Assembly: GCA_045105515.1 (NCBI GenBank)
Contig: JBGCDR010000139.1
Coordinates: 1 to 26,422 of the forward strand
Direction: 5' to 3'
DNA from: Oligoflexales bacterium
GTDB taxonomy: Bacteria > Bdellovibrionota_B > Oligoflexia > Oligoflexales > Bog-1112
Length of the DNA: 26,422 bases
Made by a program: the position numbers and the translations under genes. The stretch's first letter is position 1. Every line of letters begins with the position of its first letter. Positions 9,505 through 16,855 of the stretch are shown here, piece after piece. The notes beneath the pieces are model-generated. The model searched no databases. It was not told the DNA's origin and saw nothing but the letters and a program-made list of their open reading frames with translations.

Positions 9505-9620
9505 GTTAGGAGTACCTTAAATTCATCTTTGATAAATTTTATACATCAAGAATCAATAGAATGAATACGATGTTTTGTGCCGCTCTATCAAATAAAGCCG
9601 CTGTGATTTAACCTGCATAA

Positions 9621-9636
9621 ACAGCATATATAGTGT
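9621..9636. promoter_or_regulatory. NrdR box (proximal)
   Basis: Minus-strand ACACTATATATGCTGT versus consensus acaCwAtATaTwGtgt; upstream of nrdA. Confidence 0.8.
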
Positions 9637-9652
9637 CTCGCTTCAAGGTCAA
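9623..9652 (-). promoter_or_regulatory. Putative sigma70 promoter of nrdAB
   Basis: TTGACC (9652-9647), 18-nt spacer, TATGCT (9628-9623); the -10 lies inside one NrdR box and the -35 abuts the other. Confidence 0.55.
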
Positions 9653-9668
9653 CTACTAAATGTAGTGT
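9653..9668. promoter_or_regulatory. NrdR box (distal)
   Basis: Minus-strand ACACTACATTTAGTAG; offset 32 bp from the first box, the usual tandem NrdR-box spacing. Confidence 0.8.
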
Positions 9669-9873
9669 TAATTGGGTGCGAAAATATATTCTTCATACTC
9701 AATTAAAATAATTAGGTTCTCTGCTCGCTCATCGTTGTATCACAAAGATTGGGAATAATCTTGAAGGGCGACTAAGCTTTTTTGAGAAGCATTTTATCTG
9801 TATAAAGTCCAATAGATTGGTTTGGCCATGTAGGCTTAATACTCATGAACCGTAATGTGTAGGGGAACATACA

Positions 9874-10638
9874 ATGGCCATTTTAAAAAGGGAAGCCGTA
9901 AATTTAAACTATGATGTTACCGGCGGTTCTGGGCCGTGGGTAAGCTTGATTAATGGCTACACCCGGCCTGGTTCTGATTTTAGAATGCTGGCTAAACATA
10001 TTGCAAATGCGGGTTTTCGGGTACTTACCTTCGACAACCGAGGGGCTGGAAAGACGGAGTATTTTTCTCCTTTCACGCTGGAAGATATGGCAAGTGATGT
10101 GCGGGAGCTTTGGCTTGCACTGGGAGTAAAGAGAAGCCATGTTTTAGGGATTTCTATGGGAGGAATAATTGCGCAGATATTGGCCGAGGCTGATCCGCTG
10201 GACAGCCTGACACTCATATCAAGCACGGCCAGTAAGGAGTTTTTAGCAGTTGATCGTGGATGGCCCGACAACTTAGAAGGAATTGAGAATAAGCTTATCA
10301 AATACTTTGACTTGGAATTCTACAAACGCAATAAACTCCTAGTAACGATGATGGCCAAGAATATTCGTAAGGAAATTTCAAATCAAAACTTTTTGGAGAG
10401 AGCCCAGGCTCAAAGCCAAGCCATACTTAGTTACCGATGGGATGTACAGTGTCCAGATCATTTGCCTATCTTAGTGATCCACGGTGAAAATGATCGGATT
10501 ATTCCATTGCAGGCTGCATATGACTTGCAAAATCGTTATCCAAATGTTTCTTTGCAAACTCTTAGTAACTGCGGACACCTCCTACTTGCAGAAAACCTCA
10601 AGGGAATTATCCACTATCTTCTTGACTTTTGGTCCTAG
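9874..10638 (+). CDS. Alpha/beta fold hydrolase (PcaD/MenH-like)
   Basis: FDNRGAG, nucleophile elbow GISMGG, acid HGENDRII, base CGHLL. Confidence 0.9.
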   Translation: MAILKREAVNLNYDVTGGSGPWVSLINGYTRPGSDFRMLAKHIANAGFRVLTFDNRGAGKTEYFSPFTLEDMASDVRELWLALGVKRSHVLGISMGGIIAQILAEADPLDSLTLISSTASKEFLAVDRGWPDNLEGIENKLIKYFDLEFYKRNKLLVTMMAKNIRKEISNQNFLERAQAQSQAILSYRWDVQCPDHLPILVIHGENDRIIPLQAAYDLQNRYPNVSLQTLSNCGHLLLAENLKGIIHYLLDFWS

Positions 10639-11906
10639 TTTTTCTGCTTTTTGGGGAGTTCTAAGACGAAGCGGGTGGTTTGATTTTCGCGATCTAGCCA
10701 GAAACTGCCGCCGTGTTGCTCGATAATAGACCGAGTTATGCTGAGGCCTAAACCTGTGCCCGAGCCTATCTGCTTGGTGGTAAAAAATGGCTGCATGATT
10801 TTGTTGGCAATTTCATCTTTAATGCGAGGTCCACTATCGGTGATATAGAAGACTACTTTTTTATCCCGATTCTTCACGGATATTTCTATCCAAGGGCTTT
10901 CTAGCATTTCAATCGCATCTATTGCATTGCCAATCAGGTTTATGAAGATCTGTGAGATTTGGACCCCTCGACATTCCACGTCAATTCTCTGATCCTTGTA
11001 ATCCAGCCTAAGGTCAATACGCTTGAGTTTGCACTTTTCTCTTAAAAATTCTATTGAGTCCAACATGATTTCGATGATGTCACAGGATTCGAAAGGATCG
11101 GCAGAGCCATCTTTAGCTAGGCTACGCATGCTTTTTACGATAGCAGCAACTCTATCTACTGTGGCAGTGATTACACTTGTTGAACGTTTTAAAACAGAAG
11201 CTTCAATTGGTTTTTTTTCAAGAACATATTGCAAGTGTTCGGCGTGGCCTTTGATAATAGTGATGGGATTATTAATTTCGTGGGCGATGCCACCTGCCAT
11301 TTCTCCTAATTGTGCAAGTTTTGACGATTCTATTATTTGGACTTTTTGCTTTTGGACTTTTTGCAAAAGATTTTCTAATTCTACGCTGTGTTTTTCTAGG
11401 CTAGAATGACTTTCCTTGATTTCCTCTAACATTAGTCTTATTTCTGTAATATCATGACCAATTATGTAATATAAGGGACCTCTACGATTTGAAAGTCCAA
11501 CTATTCTTCTTATATTCCAATGGTAATGCTTAACTTGAATGTTCAAACCATCAGTAGCAAGGTCAAAGCTTACAGTTGTTAGTTTTGAGTCAAGATCCAA
11601 CTTTTCAATGTATCTCCTGAAATTTTTCCAGTTATGCGGAGAAAAAAATCTAGATAGCTTAGAGTAAATTAAGTCGCCACTATTGACATCTAATAGCTTC
11701 TCTACCACCCTATTTGCTTTTAAAATACGAGTGTTTTCATCAATGATGAGAACTAATTCGGGGAGGTTGTATACCAAATTTTCGGAAGCTCGTTTTGAAC
11801 GTTCTAGCTGAACCACAATCTCATGGGTAATATGGAGACCAGTGGCAGTTGAATATACTTTTGTTTGTTGAGGTTCTGCAAGATCATTTTTTTTGACAAT
11901 ACTCAT
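10635..11906 (-). CDS. Cytoplasmic PAS-domain sensor histidine kinase (NtrB-like HisKA/HATPase)
   Basis: PAS (NLPELVLIID..ANR..GHDITE), coiled coil, H-box GGIAHEINNP, N-box NLIGNAIDA, DSGP, PFFTTK, GTGLGL; no transmembrane segment. Confidence 0.93.
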   Translation of the reverse strand: MSIVKKNDLAEPQQTKVYSTATGLHITHEIVVQLERSKRASENLVYNLPELVLIIDENTRILKANRVVEKLLDVNSGDLIYSKLSRFFSPHNWKNFRRYIEKLDLDSKLTTVSFDLATDGLNIQVKHYHWNIRRIVGLSNRRGPLYYIIGHDITEIRLMLEEIKESHSSLEKHSVELENLLQKVQKQKVQIIESSKLAQLGEMAGGIAHEINNPITIIKGHAEHLQYVLEKKPIEASVLKRSTSVITATVDRVAAIVKSMRSLAKDGSADPFESCDIIEIMLDSIEFLREKCKLKRIDLRLDYKDQRIDVECRGVQISQIFINLIGNAIDAIEMLESPWIEISVKNRDKKVVFYITDSGPRIKDEIANKIMQPFFTTKQIGSGTGLGLSITRSIIEQHGGSFWLDRENQTTRFVLELPKKQKN

Positions 11907-12502
11907 AGGAATGTAATGCCTTCGTCACTAGATCTAGTATCTTTTTGCGGAAGCTTTAAATTTTGAAATGCTTCTAAATCTCTGATTTGCACTACATCTG
12001 ATAAAATAAGACTGAATTCATCCCAGGTAAACTTCCAATAGTCTTTTTGGTCAAGAGGTCTGCTACTATCGGAAAACCAAACCTCGTCAAATCCATCCGT
12101 AATCAATGGAATACTGATATCAGTTAATATGTTATTGTATGCGAAAGTATCAGATATGTATCCAGCAGCTAAATTGCAGTACTCGCGCATGAAGTCATTG
12201 GTAGCTTCCACATTTACCTCTTCTAGAAGTAAACCTAGTTGCTTCGCAGCTATTTTTTGAGCAAGAGATTGGGAATAATGAATTTTAAAACTTGCTTTCA
12301 TACTTCTGCTGTTGATTAAAATATACCCCATCATCTGACCATAAAGAAAATCATCATGGTTTGAGATTTCTGATATCGAGATATCTTTTCGATCAAGTGT
12401 CAATTGCAAGGTTTCAAGAGATTTCGTTCGAAAAATATTGTGAATATCTTGACTTATTGCAGCTAGCGATAAGCTTGTGTTTGTTTTAACTGAACTATTC
12501 AT
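11903..12502 (-). CDS. cheX: CheX-like (CheC/CheX family) phosphatase
   Basis: DFMREYCNLAAG carries the ExxN motif, followed by ISIP..G as in CheX; sits between a CheY-like gene and a kinase with ATGA overlaps. Confidence 0.75.
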   Translation of the reverse strand: MNSSVKTNTSLSLAAISQDIHNIFRTKSLETLQLTLDRKDISISEISNHDDFLYGQMMGYILINSRSMKASFKIHYSQSLAQKIAAKQLGLLLEEVNVEATNDFMREYCNLAAGYISDTFAYNNILTDISIPLITDGFDEVWFSDSSRPLDQKDYWKFTWDEFSLILSDVVQIRDLEAFQNLKLPQKDTRSSDEGITFL

Positions 12503-12879
12503 GAGTCAACTCCCAACTTTTCCACCAGGCTTGCCAGTTGTCTCTTATTGATTGGCTTTTTTAGCCATGCAACGACTCCAGCATCTTTTGCTGTTTTAGT
12601 AAGTTTGTCTGCTTCAGTACCCATTGAAGTAACCATAACGCAAAATATATGTGTTAGGGATTCGTCCTTTTTAATGAAATCTATCATTTCAATTCCATTG
12701 AGATCTGGCATGTTATAGTCCGCTAATACGAGCTTAACATGCGGATTTTTGCGTAAGAGCCTTAATCCTTCATCACCAGTCGAAGCTTCCAAGATTGAAA
12801 ACCCCAATTCTTGGAGCATTTTAGATGTGGTCAAACGAACTGTTTTGGAATCATCAACAACTAGAACCACAGACTCCAT
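12499..12879 (-). CDS. Single-domain CheY-like response regulator
   Basis: VLVVDDS, phospho-Asp in VLADYNMPDLNG, MVTS, WLKKP; 126 aa with no output domain. Confidence 0.93.
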   Translation of the reverse strand: MESVVLVVDDSKTVRLTTSKMLQELGFSILEASTGDEGLRLLRKNPHVKLVLADYNMPDLNGIEMIDFIKKDESLTHIFCVMVTSMGTEADKLTKTAKDAGVVAWLKKPINKRQLASLVEKLGVDS

Positions 12880-12997
12880 AAGTCACCAAACTTTCCATGA
12901 TTTATGGTATTATGAAAGCAGGTACCTCCCGCTCTCTTACAGCCTTCGGACACTGAATTAGAAACTTTAAGTACTCAGGTCGGAGAGGACAGATTTC

Positions 12998-14026
12998 TTG
13001 AATAAATTCATAATAAAATCAATGAGATTGATGGCAAAAGCATGCAAAGTCTCGATACTATTAAGTTTAATTTTTTTCGTTTCCTGTCAAGCTGCGAAAG
13101 AACGAAATAAAAATGAACAAGAACGAAAGCTAGCTGAGGCAATTCAGCATTTTGAAAGAAAAGAGTACAATGAAGCTATTCAAATCTTAGAATTGATGAG
13201 AATTGATAATGGAAAAGTAAGGGAATATTTAGCTCAATCATTGCTTGCAAGAAACGGAATTGATTCTTTTAAAATTGCACGGACCATCTATGAAGTAGAA
13301 GGAAAACAGGTACAGAAAGAAGTAGACCTCATTAAAGATTTGTTGAGTCTTTGGCCAGAAATAAATAAAAAAACCAAGGCCGATCTAGAAAAAGCTAAGG
13401 ATATTTTTGAAAATTTAGCGCCTTTCTCGATTACTAAGGATAAAGCGAATCTTTCAGAGTTATTTTTTTATAAAACTATTTATATTGTATACCTTACCAA
13501 AGAAACTTTCTTGGATTTAGAACGGATAAAAAAGATCAATGTTCTTTCTGAATCAATAGTGCAGGCATACTTGGTTTTTGAAAAAGATAATTTAGGGCTC
13601 ATTGAATCAGAACTCTTTGAACTTATGCAGTTGGTGGCTCATTTGCCCCCAAAGACTGAGCGGATAATTTCTCGATATATTGACAAAATGAAGCCGTTTT
13701 GGGACTATAAAAAAACAAAAATATTTATTAATATTAAAGATTTAGGTGAGAAATTCTTACAAGATATCTTGAAAAAAATGATTGATATCGAGTTTGAGAA
13801 ACATAAAAAACAGGTTGAAAAATATATTAGTTTTACAAACTTAGGCCCAGAAGAGTTTAAGAGTGATATTCTAGAAATCATAGGTGGTAAACAAAAACCT
13901 ACTGAATTTATCCTAAAAGTCATCAAAGACGGAGATGCTAAACTGGAGAGCCAACTGAAAGATAAGCTTCAAGAAGAAAGTCAGGAAAGCTTGCTCAAGT
14001 TTTTCTTCGAAATGGCAGGAAAGTGA
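12998..14026 (+). CDS. Putative lipoprotein, alpha-helical with an N-terminal TPR-like region
   Basis: GGAGAGGA RBS before TTG (alternative ATGs 13022/13031); hydrophobic stretch ending in lipobox-like FVSC; LAEAIQHFERKEYNEAIQILE..YLAQSLL. Confidence 0.7.
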   Translation: MNKFIIKSMRLMAKACKVSILLSLIFFVSCQAAKERNKNEQERKLAEAIQHFERKEYNEAIQILELMRIDNGKVREYLAQSLLARNGIDSFKIARTIYEVEGKQVQKEVDLIKDLLSLWPEINKKTKADLEKAKDIFENLAPFSITKDKANLSELFFYKTIYIVYLTKETFLDLERIKKINVLSESIVQAYLVFEKDNLGLIESELFELMQLVAHLPPKTERIISRYIDKMKPFWDYKKTKIFINIKDLGEKFLQDILKKMIDIEFEKHKKQVEKYISFTNLGPEEFKSDILEIIGGKQKPTEFILKVIKDGDAKLESQLKDKLQEESQESLLKFFFEMAGK

Positions 14027-15114
14027 AGCTATTAAGTTGCCAGTTCTTTTTATTATTCCTATATTTTTTTGTCTTCCATTTCAAAGGGCAAGCTCAAGGC
14101 TTGCAGGTTCCAGGAGAGTTGGCTAAAGGAAACTCTGATATCATCAGTCCGCAGCCAGAGCACGCGATTTTTTATAACCCAGCGAGTTTACATATTCCCA
14201 TTACTGCCTATTCACTTGGGATTAGCTATAATCTTCTTGGTCGTAACGCTAATGCCCTTGCAAAAAAAATTTCCACACTAAAAAATGATAAGCAGCGGCA
14301 AATTGAAGAGGTTGAGAAACTAATTGGAAAACCCCTTCATCTCAGCAGTTTTCTTAGTGTAAGTCTAGTAAAGAGGCCGCATTCAGGACTTGGGTTTTAT
14401 ATACAAACGCTAGCGGACTCCATAGTCAGGGGTAGGATTCTACCAATCTTGGATATGAACTTGATTATGAGATCAGGATTTATAGTACCCTTCGCTAGGC
14501 CCTTTATGAATCAACAAATTGTTTTGGGGCTCGCTCTCAAACCTAGCTATAAGTTCGAACATGAAGTTCATCGTGATGCTTTTGAGATTTTTGAAGACAG
14601 AGGCATCATCAAACCAACTAACAGTGGCAAAGAAGGGTTTGGTCTTGGCCTTGATTTAGGCCTACTCATGGTAAAACGGTTTGTAAACCAGGTTCTAAAA
14701 CTAGGGGGAAGCATTCGCAATGTGGGTGGTTTGAGCTACAAAAAGGTCTCTTATTTAGCGGCAGGCAAATCATCGCCATCAATGGACAAGCCCTTATTGG
14801 CTCTAGGGGGAAATTTTCAGCATCATTTGTACGCATTCTGTGACTTAGACCTTATTGGCCACTATGCTTATTTGTGGGACAAGGGTGAAAATTATACTCA
14901 CTCTACGAGCAATCAATATGGGCTCTCTCTTGCACTATTAAACAAGAGTATCGAGCTTTCTGCGGGTAAATATAAAAATTTGGATACTTATGGATTTAAG
15001 CTATCAGTGAGTTTTCTATCTATATTTTACGGCTATTACAATAGTGTTGGGGATGGAACCAGCCCCGCACCAAAGGGTGGCCGTCATTTTGTGCAGATGA
15101 CAAGCTCCTGGTGA
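14023..15114 (+). CDS. Putative outer-membrane beta-barrel protein (FadL/TraF/PorV-like)
   Basis: Signal peptide (..GQA), AIFYNPA motif, alternating amphipathic strands (GFGLGLDLGLL, LKLGGSIRNVG, QYGLSL), terminal aromatic FVQMTSSW; GTGA overlap with the upstream lipoprotein gene. Confidence 0.7.
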   Translation: MKLLSCQFFLLFLYFFVFHFKGQAQGLQVPGELAKGNSDIISPQPEHAIFYNPASLHIPITAYSLGISYNLLGRNANALAKKISTLKNDKQRQIEEVEKLIGKPLHLSSFLSVSLVKRPHSGLGFYIQTLADSIVRGRILPILDMNLIMRSGFIVPFARPFMNQQIVLGLALKPSYKFEHEVHRDAFEIFEDRGIIKPTNSGKEGFGLGLDLGLLMVKRFVNQVLKLGGSIRNVGGLSYKKVSYLAAGKSSPSMDKPLLALGGNFQHHLYAFCDLDLIGHYAYLWDKGENYTHSTSNQYGLSLALLNKSIELSAGKYKNLDTYGFKLSVSFLSIFYGYYNSVGDGTSPAPKGGRHFVQMTSSW

Positions 15115-15281
15115 GAATAGAACTAGACACCTTTTCATCGCACCCGTAAAATGATTTAATGTAAAGGAGAACTTTAAGGCTTTATCTAAGCTGCAATCTA
15201 GGTGAAGGTTCTTATTGTATCAAGGGTTTCATTCATATATATACTCATTTTTAGTTTATATATGTTCACGAGGTTTTGCAC

Positions 15282-15527
15282 ATGGAAACACAATTTCCAT
15301 CTGGAGCACCCAAAGTTGCCACTAGTTATGACAATGTTAGGCATCGGCTCGCTAAGAAAATTCATCATCAACTCATTACCTCTTGTGTCCTATTTCCGGA
15401 CAAAAAAGAGGAAGAATACGTCTATGTTGGTGACGTGGTAAAGAGATTGAGTGGGTGGTTTGTTTTTTGGAGAAAGCGCAGGGATTTGAGCACAAGGGAA
15501 AGGCTCATCGGAAGTTTGCTGAAGTAA
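15282..15527 (+). CDS. Small basic hypothetical protein (81 aa)
   Basis: GAGGT RBS 7 nt before ATG 15282; same strand as neighbours; no recognisable family. Confidence 0.5.
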   Translation: METQFPSGAPKVATSYDNVRHRLAKKIHHQLITSCVLFPDKKEEEYVYVGDVVKRLSGWFVFWRKRRDLSTRERLIGSLLK

Positions 15528-15598
15528 TGAGAGCAAGCTAATCTTAATCTCCCAGTATTAAAAATTATGTTTATTGATTGATGGGTACGAGGAAAGTT

Positions 15599-15787
15599 AT
15601 GCCTATTTACGAGTTTAAATGTAAGTCTTGTGGCCAAATTCAAGAGGTTTTGGTGGCAATTACTGCAGAATATCCCAAAAAATGTCCCAGCTGCAAAAAA
15701 GAAAAGACTTTAGAGAAGATTATTAGCCCATCTAGCTTTGTCTTGAAGGGGACTGGTTGGTACGAAACTGATTTTAAAAAGAAGTAA
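15599..15787 (+). CDS. FmdB family zinc-ribbon protein
   Basis: MPIYEFKCKSCG..CPSC..FVLKGTGWYETDF signature; GAGGA RBS before ATG 15599. Confidence 0.92.
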   Translation: MPIYEFKCKSCGQIQEVLVAITAEYPKKCPSCKKEKTLEKIISPSSFVLKGTGWYETDFKKK

Positions 15788-16114
15788 TATTCCTAGATTT
15801 TAGCTCCCTTTGATGAGGGGTTTAATTTTCTTAACAATTTGAAATAATTCTATTTTATATTTATCCCTTGAAAATTTTGTCAAACCTAACTAAGTCATTT
15901 GCTTGCTCGTCTTAGCAACAGGGCGATAGCTCACCAAGAAATACCCTTCATGCAGGATCTGATTGTAAGGTCTGACTTTGGGGGGATCGTTAAATTGCTC
16001 GCAATTAATGGAGTTACTTAAGGTTTGCGAATAAACCACTCCTTAAGGGGCATGTGGGAGCTAAGCTTTTGTTCCCAAACGATATAATACTTTTTGCATT
16101 TGAGTGGAAGGAAT

Positions 16115-16834
16115 ATGAGAGTTAAACCTAAAGTTTGTCTTATTGATGAAGACCCACAAGTACAGCTTGGGTGGGAAAAGGCTTTAAACAAAGAAGCTAG
16201 TTTAGAGTATTACAAGGACTGTCAAGAGATCTTGGATGTAGCTGCAAAAGATGCGAGTCTTCTCCATTCTTTCGACTGCGTGATTGTCAGTCGCTACTTT
16301 AAGCAAACCGGGGTAGATATTTGTGAAAGTGCACTGATTACTGAGTTAAGGGCTCAAGGAGTGAGCGCTATTTTCCTCAATTGGCAAGGGTATCTTACCA
16401 AAGAGGAAATAGATTCAAAGTTTGACGGTCGGCTATTCAACCGCTATGGAGTTAGGTGGCAGACCCTTAGGTCTAGAATCCAGAAGATTCGGAACAAAAA
16501 GGCTCCTCTTACCCGCATTTCAAAAACAGATGAGCCTACGATGCCTAAAGCTTCTCCTAGCAAGGTAAGTTTGCCTAGCCAGATGTTCCAGTCGAAACCT
16601 CAAAGATGTCAAGATCTCTTACGCTCTATGGCGCGAAAGGCAGTTGGAAGGCACAAGGAAAGATTGGAGTACTATGCTTCTCATGATAGCAAGGAAGGTA
16701 TTGCCCTTTTAGAAGCTATCTATAACCGCTTACTTACAGCAACTGACAGTTCTGTTAATTGCCCTAGTCGATATATTAATACTTCTCCTGTGGTGGCCAA
16801 AAATATTTTAAAAGAGGCTTTATATGGAGCCTGA
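16115..16834 (+). CDS. Hypothetical protein with degenerate receiver-like N-terminus and unknown C-terminal helical domain
   Basis: GGAAGGA RBS before ATG 16115; KVCLIDED..FDCVIVS resembles REC beta1/beta3; Pro/Ser/Lys linker, then about 80 aa helical domain. Confidence 0.65.
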   Translation: MRVKPKVCLIDEDPQVQLGWEKALNKEASLEYYKDCQEILDVAAKDASLLHSFDCVIVSRYFKQTGVDICESALITELRAQGVSAIFLNWQGYLTKEEIDSKFDGRLFNRYGVRWQTLRSRIQKIRNKKAPLTRISKTDEPTMPKASPSKVSLPSQMFQSKPQRCQDLLRSMARKAVGRHKERLEYYASHDSKEGIALLEAIYNRLLTATDSSVNCPSRYINTSPVVAKNILKEALYGA

Positions 16835-16855
16835 CACTCCAGGTTGCCCAGATAC

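Noticed and set aside
9505..9620. Cobalamin riboswitch ahead of nrdAB
   Set aside because: Leader is short and AT-rich with no B12-box motifs; NrdR boxes explain regulation.
14023..15114. Conjugative element implied by a TraF-like barrel
   Set aside because: No relaxase, T4SS, integrase or att-like features in the window.
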